A stretch of DNA of 62,944 nucleotides, counting the filler, from Collodictyon triciliatum (Eukaryota): assembly GCA_043381765.1 (NCBI GenBank). It is 4 parts of 4 records of this genome, joined end to end, with 100 filler letters (N's around TTAATTAATTAA, not from the genome) between each part and the next. Parts side by side here need not be neighbours in the genome. Positions count along the whole stretch, not along the records: positions 1 to 16,208 come from JBHJMP010001568.1; positions 16,309 to 32,510 come from JBHJMP010001569.1; 2 more parts are not named here. One strand, given 5' to 3'. This document shows, piece after piece, positions 14,101-30,520 of the stretch (positions are counted from its first letter, which is position 1; each line of letters starts with the position of its first letter). Position numbers and translations under genes: made by a program. The notes under the pieces are model-generated. The model was given only the letters and a program-made list of their open reading frames with translations. It searched no databases and was not told the DNA's origin.

Positions 14101-15886
14101 GAGAAGGACAAGCTGTACGACCCACTACTGAAAATATTCAAAAAGAAAGTCAAACGAGTACGTTTTTATATGCCCTTAACATTCACGAACGCAATCAACT
14201 ACATGTATGACAATCGCACTTATAACTTGATTGGTTAACGCTAGACAAAAAAGAAACAAGCTCGGGAAAATGCGGATGAGGAATACAACTCCGAGGAGGA
14301 AGAGGAAGAAGATGACGAGAGTGAATATAACAGGTACACTCCCAGCCAAAATGTCTTTTGTTAAAAGCGACAGGTTAAATGAATTATTTTTTCTACGAAC
14401 GTACCCAAAGCCGAGTTTTACAAAACTAAAGCATATGAATATTACTGAATTATATCAAAGCGACGAAGAGGAGGAAGAGGAAGAAGTTTGCCCACCTGGT
14501 TGTGAGCAGCAAGTGTATGAGAGAGTTTGCACGCTGCGGGAACGTCGCCTTGACCAAGAAGAAATATTAAATGAAATTCAGAAAAGTATTGAGGTCTGGC
14601 ACCTAATACTATTATTCCGAGTTNNNNNNNNNNNNNNNNNNNNNNNNNNNNNNNNNNNNNNNNNNNNNNNNNNNNNNNNNNNNNNNNNNNNNNNNNNNNN
14701 NNNNNNNNNNNNNNNNNNNNNNNNNNNNNNNNNNNNNNNNNNNNNNNNNNNNNNNNNNNNNNNNNNNNNNNNNNNNNNNNNNNNNNNNNNNNNNNNNNNN
14801 NNNNNNNNNNNNNNNNNNNNNNNNNNNNNNNNNNNNNNNNNNNNNNNNNNNNNNNNNNNNNNNNNNNNNNNNNNNNNNNNNNNNNNNNNNNNNNNNNNAG
14901 AAATTCAGGCATTTCAAACAGAGAAGCAGCAAAAACTTAACGAGTTGGATGTTGTGGTATGGTTTATTTAACCCAACACCCAATTTCCCCAAGTTAAACT
15001 AAGAGCAATATTTGTAATGTGTAATGCTCAAGAGCTAGGCTATTTATATATTTGTCTTATACATAAAAATTCGTTGCCACCTCACTTAAAGGGTTGAGCT
15101 CTTTTCTTCTCCCTCGTCGTTCAATATAGCAATAACATTCTGATGAATACTTGACAGCTTACTTTAAAACTGCATCAAATCCAAAATCTTGTGGAGGGTG
15201 CTTTCCCTGAAGACATGATGCAATCTCTTGTTTTTACAAATGATGGACTTCGAAGCCTTCGCCAGCGAATCAAAGACTTGAAGGATGAAAAAACGTTCCA
15301 ACGAAGAAAGCAAAAAGACCTTGACCATGAGCACCTTAACTTACAGAAAGATAAGAAACTTCGTCAACAGAGGGTAATCAAAATATGCAACTCATTCAAC
15401 TACCTAAGATATCTAACTCTGTACGGTTTTATATATACACACACTCTAAACCACTTACGCTCCGAGATATGGACAATGAGAAATGCAACCATACAAATAA
15501 TCAATCTTTTGCTACAATTTATGCATTTGCAAGGCCGTCAATTAATCCAAACCAAAAAATAACCACCCAGATCAACGAACTTGATGCAAAGGCCTTTGAC
15601 GTACAAATGTTGAAATTCGGCCAAGCGGTAATCCACAACATCCTTCTGACTCTCTTTCATAAACATATCGAGTCCTCTTGTCGGGTGCAAATCTTGCAAA
15701 TGCGACTAACACACAAATACATCTTCCAGCTATTTAGCGACCTCAACACGATAGCTTTCTAACTATACATACCAGATTGACCTTGAAATGATTGAGCGGA
15801 TGAGTGTCAACAAGACAGCAGAGGAGCTGAAGGAGCGCATCCGAAAAGAAGAAAGAGAGCGAGCCGTCGAGTTAGAACAGTGGACG
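5766..15886 (+). CDS. CFAP44: Cilia- and flagella-associated protein 44 (WDR52), about 32 exons; internal gap at 14624-14898 and 3' end missing
   Basis: Acidic N-terminus, then WD40 repeats ([71 protein letters not shown]), then coiled coil with [53 protein letters not shown] and DVQMLKFGQ. The frame is continuous across all hand-spliced GT-AG introns outside the gap. Confidence 0.95.
7928..8141. repeat. (TATCAT/TATCAA)n intronic microsatellite
   Basis: Visible hexamer array with a variant block, inside a CFAP44 intron. Confidence 0.92.
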
Positions 15887-16036
15887 GTGCCATTTCAATT
15901 CATTTAATATATACGAATATTTATTTATTTCTTATCTTGAATATCTCCCTAATTATCTGATTGTAGTTATTGTTTTTTTGTTCTTCTGTGGTATCTCTGT
16001 GCGTCCTTGTCCTCAGTTTTCATCGATTATGTTCCT

Positions 16037-16118
16037 CTTTTTCTTTTCTTTTCTTTTCTTTTCTTTTCTTTTCTTTTCTTTTCTTTTCTTTTCTTTTCTT
16101 TTCTTTCTTTCTTTCTTT

Positions 16119-16206
<88 letters not shown>

Positions 16207-16348
16207 TCNNNNNNNNNNNNNNNNNNNNNNNNNNNNNNNNNNNNNNNNNNNNTTAATTAATTAANNNNNNNNNNNNNNNNNNNNNNNNNNNNNNNNNNNN
16301 NNNNNNNNTTCTTTCTTTCTTTTTTTCTTTCCTTTTTTCTTTCTTTTT

Positions 16349-16404
<56 letters not shown>

Positions 16405-16410
16405 TTTTTA
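16037..16410. repeat. (CTTTT)n/(CTTT)n microsatellite interrupted by an assembly linker
   Basis: Visible on both sides of the N linker. Confidence 0.88.
16209..16308. other. Artificial 100-nt scaffold linker (N44-TTAATTAATTAA-N44)
   Basis: Identical construct occurs three times; the 12-mer gives stops in all six frames; genes are truncated on both sides. Confidence 0.95.
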
Positions 16411-16495
16411 CTTCGTTGAAAAAATCATTATTATAATGTGTTGGTTATTAATCCATGTGATTTTACAATGATCTAATCCTAGCAATTAATATCAG

Positions 16496-19078
16496 GACTT
16501 AAAAGAACGCTTGTTAAGAAAGAACGATGAGTTTCATAAACAGGCGAGTTTTTTTTTTTAGCTGAGGCATTGATTATCACAACGACATATTATCATACAG
16601 TGAATAAGTTTTTTATGATAGATGATACGTCCATTAGAGTCCTCTTGAGCAATATATATTATTTTATAAAAGATTATACTGTGAAGCTACATGTATGATG
16701 TATTTTTCTTTTGTCAGAAAATATTCACAATTGAGTGCTATAATATTTCGAAATAATAATGATAATAATAAATAAATAAATAAATAAATAAGATATGATG
16801 AGCGATGAGTGATGTGAACCGTTTCGTGCGTTATCTATATTATTCATTGGACTAAATTGGAGCATCAAATATTTTAAAAAATAATAACAATAGTCACTTG
16901 AGCTCGATAAATACAAGAAACTGTCTGCAGAACTACAAGAGCAAAAGTCGATACTGTTTGAAAAGTTAACGCAAATGAGCCACGTGAGTTAGTTACCTTT
17001 TTATGTGTCTTTTGGTTTTTATATATGAAACCCCATCATAAATTGGACCTGGTGATTGATCCCTACATGAGTGGCTTTGCCATAAAGTTTGGTTTTATTG
17101 GAGTGTTTACTTGTTGCATAATTTGGATGAAAGATGGAAGACCAGAGTTCATTGAATAGGAACTGTCGATAACTTTAATATATTGATGTGCATAATGATA
17201 GAGTCCTGAGAGTCAGGGGAATAAAAGGGATACCAGAAGACAAGAACGTATCTATAAGTCTCCCTCCCGCCAAACTCAGAGGGAAAAGCAGGTATAAAAT
17301 TCTAATGATGTAGCAGAATGTCAAAATATTGAGAAAAAAGAAGGAAAATCACTGAACTAAGACCAAAAAGGCTGATATTTACTGATATGAAATGAAAACA
17401 TATTGAAATATATCATACTTTAATTTTGAAAGATTGAACCTTATAAGTGCAACGCAGATGACGAGCACGAATTTCTGATGGTAAATATACATAACATTTA
17501 TTTCTATAATAACAAGAAAACAAATGCAAGAAAAGCAAAGAAAAACAAACGACTTATATTGATTTTATTCTTTTAACCATTTTTTTTTGGCACAAAGGAA
17601 TGGAAACGAAGCCTCGAGCACACAACATCTGAAATACAATCCAGAGCTGAAAAGGTCCAATATGAAGAGTTCCAGCTGCAATCAAGAATCAAAATTGTAG
17701 AGCAAAAAACGTTAGAGCTGATAAAGAAAGCTGAGCAGCTTGAAGAGCTTGAATATAAATTACAACATGACAAAACGATCGAATGTAGTTGCAGCTCTTT
17801 CACAGCAGCTCAGAATGAGGTATGAAAGGAGAAATAAACTTTAAGGCCCATTCAACATATTTTTTTCCTGTCGTAGACGCCTTTCTTTCCTTTCCTTTTT
17901 TTTTTATATATATCTTGTGTATGATTATTTTATTTTTGCTTCGTTGTAACAACACATTTTGAATCCTTTGTATTGTAATATAAGGACGCACGATTAGATC
18001 GGCATAGTAAACTCATTGATGGTGCCGTCCATGCCAATCTTGAAAAAAATGCTATACTGGAGAGGTTGAGACATAATACATCCATGTTTTTTTCAAAGTT
18101 GTACCAGATCGGAAAATTTAGCTTATCGATTTACTTTACATTATGGACTTAAGCAAAAGTATATGATTTTTTTTTAAAACGTTGAAGTACAGTCCATCCC
18201 AATGTAAGGTTTTAAGCAAGATATTCACAAACCAAATAGGCAGAACGAAGTTTTAAAATCAAAAAACGATTGTTTGGAACTTGAGAACAATGTCCTCAGA
18301 GAAAACCTACATGAGAAGCAATTATTATGCCACGACTTGACGTATAAACTCCAAGATGTTATGAACTCGAGGAGTTCGCAGAAAAAAGAGCTGAAGTTAG
18401 CACTAGCAAAAATAATTGTATCAATCATAGTTATAAAGATACCTTATCAACATGATAAGATATTGTAACTTTTTTTCTTCTCAACTATCTTAAATCCACG
18501 TATTAAATCAAATAGAACCTTAATGAGCAAAATCGAATCATTGGAAAGGTATCAGAAAACATCGATCCAACCCATCCAGAAGGTAATCCCACTCTAGATG
18601 AAAAAGAAATCCACTGAAAGTACTTTTTTTTTAAAAAAAAAAGCCCGAATCGATTTTACATACATTTCTTCACGCGCATTTTATAAATGCTTTTAATAAT
18701 GAAGGGCGCTATATGGACGATTTTTTTGCTCATTCCTTTCAACATCAGATGACCGCTTCGGGAACTTTCCTAAAGCAAAGCATCAATGCGTCTTTCAGAG
18801 TTGTTCATGAAGATAGAATATCCAGTCAATTTTCAGACTCTTGCGGCACTCGGGATTCCTTAGCCTTATCACAAAGCCCAAGAGACCAAATCGGAACCAG
18901 TGACCAACTAACCGATTCCAATGCCACACTTGTTGATTACCCCACTCAACATAACACATTAACACCATCAAAAAATTTGCTGTCTAGTACGAGCCAAGAC
19001 GAAAATCACAGAGAATTCAGTGACATTTATGGCATATTGCGAGCCTTCGAAAATCCACACAAAATTGCAAATGAATAG
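16496..19078 (+). CDS. Uncharacterised coiled-coil protein (at least 9 exons, 5' end missing)
   Basis: In-frame spliced exons DLKERLLRKNDEFHKQ|SLELDKYKKLSAELQEQK...|EWKRSLEHTTSEIQSRAEKV...|QNEVLKSKNDCLELENNVLRENL...|...FENPHKIANE*. Heptad-rich, no recognisable family. Confidence 0.7.
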
Positions 19079-20201
19079 TATGGATGTACTATGTGGTTAA
19101 ACCCGAAGCAAAGAACAGGGCACTTTCAGAATACCTTGTAATATCAAATTCTAAATTGCATCAGAAATATTACTTTTATGTATAAACTGTATTATTTTTT
19201 TAATACATCTATGAAATAGTTGTATATTGGCGAGAAGGACTGCAAGGATTCTTTTTAGCTGTGTGCATTATCAAATCAAAACTAGAAAAAAGAGAAAAAA
19301 AGGATACATCTACCACATCAGGAAAAGTTTAGAGATATCAACTAGACCTAAAATCCAAGAAATCACGCTCAATTTACAAAACTCTCATCTATCAAAGGCA
19401 TATTTATATTTCTAAAATAAATACTTGAGTATATAAGGCACCTCTAGTTAACAATAATAAAATTATTGATTTAGCAGTTAAATAATATTTCCAGATGATG
19501 TGATTAAGAAAATCGGGTTTAGCTGGGTGGATTTTGTGTTAGTTCTTACAACTTCGCTTCTAGCTTTATCATTATAACCCGTGGCATGTCTATCATTTTG
19601 TTACACGATGGCCTATATATAAAATTCCCAATTTAGGTGATATATAAGATAGTTGACACTTGAAAGAAAGAAAGAAGTAAAAAGTAAAAATCCGCGGGCA
19701 GCGCTCTATTGAAATTGAATTACTATTCGATCATTTCATGTTTAAGTAACCCCTTTTGCCATTTCTGCTACTATCACAATCATTTCCTCGCTCGAACAAT
19801 ACCTATTATAAATAAGGACAACAAATACATCAAGATGGCATGGGTCCAAATCACGTTTAAGCTCCCTTATTCAGCCATACGAAGTGAATATTACTTTCTT
19901 AGTCCTTTTTATTGAGGCGAATATCTGTCTTGAAAACGGCGACTAAATCAGCTGCGATTCGGACAGGAGCGGATGTGGTTTGCTCAGGAGGGTATATTCA
20001 GTGTACGTGTTTCTGTGGGGGCGTTGTTTCCTTTCTTTTGTTGCTCGGTCTGGTTGTTGGTTTCTTTTTCTTTTTCAAACCAAAAAATAAAATAAAAACA
20101 CAGAAAAAAAAAGCTATATTATTCGCTTGCACTCATGTTCTGCTTGTAGGAATCAGCCAGCCCTAGGCTCGTGCGAACAACCACCGCTTCTACAGATCAT
20201 A

Positions 20202-20903
20202 ATGCCCAAAGAGGTTGTGCTTCTGGAGGAGCTTGGGAGTCTCATCAGCGAGTCAGACATATCCGCTCTTCGAATGCGCACGATACTGAATCTCGGCTCT
20301 GAAAATCTACGGTTTGTGCCTCTTGGAGTGTTTGTGTTGACCGGTTTGGTGGAGCTGTATTTAAGAAACAACCAACTGTCAAAGATACCATCGCAGGTCT
20401 CTCGCTTGACTGGTCTCACAACGCTTTGTGTCAGCTACAACCACCTGTCATTCCTGCCTCCAGAAATATCGTGCTTAACAGGACTATCTGTTTTTTATAT
20501 CCAGACAAACCCGGTGCGTTTTATATATACCTTGATTTTGAACCAATAAATGATTAACGAATGTGGTACACACAGATGGAAAAGCTGCCACCACAAGTCA
20601 CATCGCTCACTAATCTGAGGCGGATTTACATCCAAGATGGCAGTGGGGTCATTACAGTGAAGAGTGCTCCGCGTGGTATCACAAATCTTCCTTGCTGGAC
20701 TAATTTGCATGATACATATGGCGGCCTTTCTATCGCCGAAGCCCTTGGAGGGCTGCGCCTCTACGACCTGGTAAGTTGCGTGAAAATATGAGCATGTGTG
20801 AGTAATTTGAATACAAGAATATTTACTCCAGGCCGACCCAGCAATATCAGTTCACAAGGCCCAACGTACCAAGCAGAGAATTTCACATGAGAAAGAGGTT
20901 TAA
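20202..20903 (+). CDS. Short leucine-rich-repeat protein (exons 20202-20513, 20576-20770, 20832-20903)
   Basis: 23-aa LRRs (LVELYLRNNQLSKIPSQVSRLTG, LTTLCVSYNHLSFLPPEISCLTG). Paralogue of 36763-38779 with the same first two intron positions. Confidence 0.88.
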
Positions 20904-21121
20904 AAAATCCTCACAACATACTTAAAAATAAACATTATTTGTACATTTCAAATATATGTATAAGTGATAGAAATCATGTCCTATATCAGAAATCCTGCTT
21001 CAAGGCTATAGATTTATTCGATTCAGGTTTAATTAATATTTAAACGGATTTTAATGTAATTCCGGTGTTTGATAAATTAAATATATATCTATCGTAAACT
21101 GAACATCAATTCATAGAGCAA

Positions 21122-24055
21122 ATGATTTCAATCCATGACTCGCCTACAGGAGAGTAAGAGAAACAAAAAAAAACATTTGTTCAATACATACTAATTTAAT
21201 GTGCTTGACATCAAATTCCCTCGGTCCTGCACAAAAGTTGAAAGGAAGAATAAAAAAAATGCTTGACATCAAATTTGCAGCGCACCGAACTCTAGCAGCC
21301 ATGGTGACCATTTATGCGTCGAAAAAGAACGCTTTAATCTCCACCAAGTCAGTTCTTTTGCCAGTCCATCGACCAAACGTGAGAATTGTCTTATTTTAAG
21401 ATAATCGTGATTTTTGTGCTTTTTTTTGTTAATGTTTTGTTTTTATAATTTTTATATTATATTTTATTTTTGTATTTTCTTTATCCTTGATTTTTCTATG
21501 GTTCTTACCGTAATTTTCTTGGCACCGCCCATTAGAGCAACAGAAGAGCAGTCCAAATCTCAAAATAATGAAGGAAAATGTTTGTGAACCACATAGACCT
21601 ACGAATCAGACGAGCGTAGTAGATTCCTCTGCAATAATGTGATGAAATATGAATTATCCCCTTTAAGAAATCGCTATTTAGCTTAATGTATTTAATACTT
21701 TTGCAGTCAAAGTACAAATCCGTCATAGGCGATGAAGCTGACATGAACCTATATCGTAGCAATTCTCTGTGCGCTCTTTGTGTTGCTCAAAACACGAGAT
21801 CATTTTATCCATCCTGTGAGCATGTATTTTGTCTCAGCTGCGCCAAAAGATTCATAGCTACTTCAGACATGGAGATATCATTACAATGCCCATTGTGTAC
21901 TGAGTTCGTGTATGCAAACAAAAAAACTGACCACGAGTTAAATTCATTCAATTATGGGACCGGTTATTTGGAAGACATCCACGTAAATAAAGACCCTAAA
22001 AGACATCAAGGTGAAGAAAATACCCCATCTGTCGAGACTAGGGACGGAGAAGATTTAGGAAATGTTGCTCAGCCATTTGATGATGCTAGAGAAGATGAAA
22101 AGCATTTCAAATCCCAAAGCGAATCACACTCTTTTGTAAAAGATGAACACCAGAATATCAAGTAAATATATTTTGATACATTTGTATGGAATGTGTTCTG
22201 ATAGGATAAATACGAGAGCAATAACCAATCATATTGAGACGGTTTATTAATTTTTTTTTTTTTTGCTTTATCATCTGGTTTCTCTCAACAAAAGATCTAT
22301 GGATTCTGTGTCATCAACCACTCCAGGGATAAGTGAAATATGCCCCTTTCACCACATTACAATCGAACTGTTTTGCCCATTATGCCCTGAATCTCCGCTA
22401 AAGTGCACTGAATGTGCCCAAATAGACCGTATTCATGAGATATCACACAAGAAACTATCTCTGCAAAACATCGATGCGAATTTCATGTTTGAAATGATAC
22501 AAGACCTGAGTGCTTCAGAGAGCCAATTAACCTCTGATATTACGTCCATCGAGCAGAAAATAAGCATGGTATAAGTAATTTGAGGCACAATCGTCCCCAA
22601 TATATCATCTATCGATTTACTTTTACAAAACAATATAATTCCTAGGTAACCGAACAGCGCAAGCAAATATCTACTGAGTTCTACAATTTTTTTCAAGAGT
22701 TAGAAGTAGAAATCAGGCGATTTAAAAGAGAGACAGAAAATCAAGTAAGCTTAATTATGTATGCGAATGAAAATTATTTGTTCGTGATTGATTCTTCAAC
22801 ATGGCGTAAACATTGAAACCATAAGATTGAAGCGTTGAACCAGTCCATCCTTGGGTCTCTGGAGGACTCACATAGCTGTCTTTTGAACGAAATGCACCAA
22901 ATACATATTGCCAAGCGAAATTTGGCTGAAATACTCGAAAAGCCCGAATGCGAGCAATCACTGGTTCAGATAAGCAACGCACTGCGCTTCGCCAACCAAC
23001 TCCTTTATTCCAAATACAAGACACCCATCGAAATCGCCCCACTTAAGTTCGTCTCAAGACCGCTGCAATTCATCCTAGAACACCTCAAGGAGCTGAACGA
23101 AGCATTCATGCTTGGCCTGGTCACTACAGTGGAAGCAATAGGAGCGCTGACAGAAGAAGCCGAGACGGAAACAGAGAAAGTCAAAGCAAAGTCGATTTAT
23201 TCTATCACTGCTCTGCTTACAAGTATCAAAGCAAACCCCAAATATACTATCGATTCTTCGACTGGTGATGCCCGAATCGAGTGTCCGTGGGCGGTTTGTG
23301 TGCACCCACAGAATGGTAACATCTATGTGACAGATGAACATTCACAAAAAATCCACATCTTTAGAAAAGACCTCAGCCACATTTCCTCCCACCGCACCGG
23401 ACTAATCATCCCAAAGACGCTTCACGGGCCAAGAGGAATCGCTATCTCCAACGACGGTCTCATCGCAATTGCAGACTGCGAAAACCACTATGTGAAACTC
23501 TTCACCGACCAGCTCATGCTTGTCAAGACCATCGGCGGGAAGAAGGGTAAGGAGAACGGCCAGTTCAATCGCCCATACTCGGTTGCTTTTGATAGTATAG
23601 GGAGCCTCTATGTGGCCGACTCTGGAAACCAAAGGGTCCAGAAGTTCAACAAGAAGGGTACATTTGTCTCTGTCATTGGAGATGCGAGCGAAGGCAGCGG
23701 CTCCATCAGCTCGCTTGTTAACAGCGTCTGTGTTAATGAAGAGGACAAGCTCCTTGTTCTTTGTGCCGGCTCCGACAGAGTCTGCATCTTTTCAAAGGAC
23801 GGAGTCTTCGAAGATGAAGCCAAGCTGGAAGTCTCAACAGGCGTCGAGGCCTGGTCGCATATTTTCCACGCCTCTCCCGGTGTCTTTGGTGTTTGTAAGA
23901 ACAAGACTGGAGCAATAATTTTCTACAACTACCAGGGAGAAGTTCAGCACCGCATCCTCTTGGACGGCTGTCTGGGCGCCTGCTTCGGACTCGATGGCAC
24001 TTTCTATGCCACAAGTCTTTCGCTAAAGTCGGTCTCTGCTTTCTCTGCCGACTGA
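21122..24055 (+). CDS. TRIM-NHL-like protein: RING (C3HC4), B-box, coiled coil, NHL beta-propeller (about 7 exons)
   Basis: CALC...SCEHVFCLSC...LQCPLC (RING); CPFHHITIELFCPLC...CTEC...H...H (B-box 2); heptad region; NHL repeats (PWAVCVHPQNGNIYVTD, PRGIAISNDGLIAIADCENH, GQFNRPYSVAFDSIGSLYVADSGNQRVQKF). The 5' exons and start codon are less certain. Confidence 0.85.
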
Positions 24056-24817
24056 CGTTTCCCCCTTTATTCGATTCAGGGTTCTGCCGGCTGGTGTTAA
24101 AGCAATATTTGACTCTTGATATGCTTTCCCAGCTTGTAAACATAAATTTGGAGTTTGAAAATAAAAAAAAACAACATTAAAACACGCACGACTACAAAAA
24201 TGAAAGGAAAAAAAAAAAGGGAACCCCCTATTTGGACAGGACTCTAAAGCAATGGATTTTTGTATTTACAATAATAGTAATAATCTATATCAAGTAGAAG
24301 AGCTCTCTGAGTATTATGCACCTGCGCGTCATTGAGATGGTGTCTGTGATTAAGAGCTACGACGTCCACCCAGGCTGGAACTTTGGGGTGTCTGTGAAAT
24401 CGCGGGTGGGCGGTCAGCAAAGAGGCTACTTGCCCCGCTATTGGATGACTAAAAGGCTTGTCAGTCACAACTTTATCCGCCAAGAGTTCTGTAATATGCA
24501 TAGGGAAAAAAAAACAAAAACAAACAGACTTCATGTATCCGGTACCCTAACCTAATTTCATCGAGAGAACCCCATTTATCCGATGGTCTGACAAAAATAT
24601 ACCCGAAATAATGTAGGGTTTAGCATTTATATATAAACCCCTAAAAACAAATTTCATCCTGTTTGAATTAGTCTTGGAACATATGTAATAAAAATTGGTG
24701 CATTTGTTTGCAAAATCAACCTAGGGTTTCTCTATAATGGTATGCCGTTAATCAACTAAAGTTTATGCATCCGAATCAGCCTATCCTTTCAACAGACAAA
24801 AATCTGGGCTGCTGGAC

Positions 24818-25605
24818 ATGTCACCTATGCCAGGAGAATTAATGGAATTTCAATCAATTATCCTTGTGATTACACCGATTTTTCTGAGATTCATTCATTA
24901 TGGTTATCGTGTAAGGACGATAATAAAGTTTTCAGGGCAGGTTAGACCAATCCATGTTTTAATCTTTGAAGAAAATAAACCTTTTGTACATTGAAATCAC
25001 GCTTTGAATTATTCTATATGAAAACGATGTTCGGTTGATAGCGAGAACAATGATATGGATCAGTTAAATTATTCCTTTATTCCTTATTTTTTCTTTCCCT
25101 ACTTACAGGGATGGCCGATAATCGCTACGTGGGGTATGTGCTATTTTTCAAGTGCTGGGCTGCTAATACATTCGGTACAGGAATACATATCTGGATTGAA
25201 GTTTTTACATGTGTATACATTTTAGAATTGTAGAAAATTTGTTCACAAATGTTTTTCATTATAGTTTGTAACACTCCCAGAATTGCGTGACAGCACAACC
25301 GTAACGTCCAACCCTGCGTACTATCTTCTTTGGATTGCTTCAGTACTCAGAGTAATAGGACTCGAAATGCTTGGCGATTCATTTCATGAAGATATAGTGG
25401 TCGAAAAAGACCAGAAGCTCATCCAATCAGGATTTTACTCCGTTTTTAGACACCCTCTCCATTTTTTTCTCCAACTGGAAATAGCGTCCATGGTTTGGTT
25501 TGTCACACTCATAAGGGGAAAGGTATAATCATGCAATAATAATAATAATAAATAATAATAATAAATAATAATAATAAATAATAATAATAATAAATAATAA
25601 TAATA

Positions 25606-25704
<99 letters not shown>

Positions 25705-25965
25705 TGCACAACAAGTGCGCAAATCGAGACGCTTGGGGTCGAATGGGACCAAAAAAAATTAACAAGCGAATTTAATCACTGATAGGTAGTATTCCTCTGG
25801 TGTTGGGGATTTGTCATCACAGGGGTTGTCACAACGATTATCCATGAAGTTGCTGAAGAAAAAGAGCTGATTAAGGCCTTTGGAAACGAGTACATAATAT
25901 ACATGAAGAAGTCATGGGGATTCACTGATTTTCTTCCCTTTTATAACAAGTCTAAAGTCGACTAA
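24818..25965 (+). CDS. ICMT/PEMT-family membrane methyltransferase (4 exons)
   Basis: LRVIGLEMLGDSFHEDIVVEKDQKLIQSGFYSVFRHPLH and EEKELIKAFGNEYIIYMKKS match the LxxxGxYxxxRHP and EExxLxxxFGxEY motifs. Confidence 0.82.
25535..25703. repeat. (AAT)n intronic microsatellite
   Basis: Visible trinucleotide array. Confidence 0.92.
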
Positions 25966-26464
25966 CCAGTCGCATAGACTCGAGAATAAAACCTACACAC
26001 CCTCCTGAAAAGCATTCAAAAATGCACTTAATAAAGAAGCTAGGATTATCTTTCGATAAGCATAAAATTTCAAGAGAAACACTTAAGTGTAATGCTCTAT
26101 ATTAGTACAAGTTACATAATATGAACGAGCATGATCCTTTAGAAAAGCGATTGTAAAAAATATATCCTGATGTTTATCTACATGATATTTTTTAATTGTT
26201 GTAATTGTTGTAATTGTTTGTTTTTCAGCTATTCTTATCAACTCGTGCGAGATGGTAAATTTATTCATTATGTTTCTTTGATAAATACGATTTAAACTCC
26301 AGAATAAAATAAAATGCTGCTTGATATGACCAGTGTTACTCTAGATAATAAATGATTGAATGCTTCAGTTCAGTGTTGCGTCCATAGAATCATGCATCTA
26401 AACAAACACAATAATCGACTTATATTTATTTTTATTTATGAAAAAATTGAAAATTACCCTATAT

Positions 26465-28230
<1,766 letters not shown>

Positions 28231-28567
28231 GGCGCCCAGCCCCAGTCGAGCTCTTCCTGCTTGGCGATAAGGATGTTGTGGTGGTGATGCGAAGCAGACT
28301 CTGTGCCCCGTGGCTACTTCCGTGGTTCTTTTTTTGTCATTTTTTTCTTTCAACGGCGGTCTGTTGTGTCCTTCCCGACAACTGATTGTTTCTTTTCTCG
28401 TTCTGAGTTCTCGTTTCATTTGTTTTGTTTTGTTTTGTTTTGTTTTTATTATCATCGAAGAAGAGACGAGAAAACGCGCCGTAGTTGCCATGGGGTGTGT
28501 GTTGCAGATAGGTACATGCATGTAATGCCAAGGTTGTTGTTCGTGGGTAGCTGGGAAAGCCTGCTGT

Positions 28568-30520
<1,953 letters not shown>

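Noticed and set aside
16253-16264. Palindromic TTAATTAATTAA recurring three times
   Set aside because: Always centred in 44+44 Ns; a synthetic six-frame-stop linker, not biology.
24540-24730. Cluster of telomere-like or telo-box words (ACCCTAA, TAGGGTTT, AAACCCCTAA)
   Set aside because: Scattered, imperfect, in both orientations and not tandem; too weak to call a telomeric or regulatory element.
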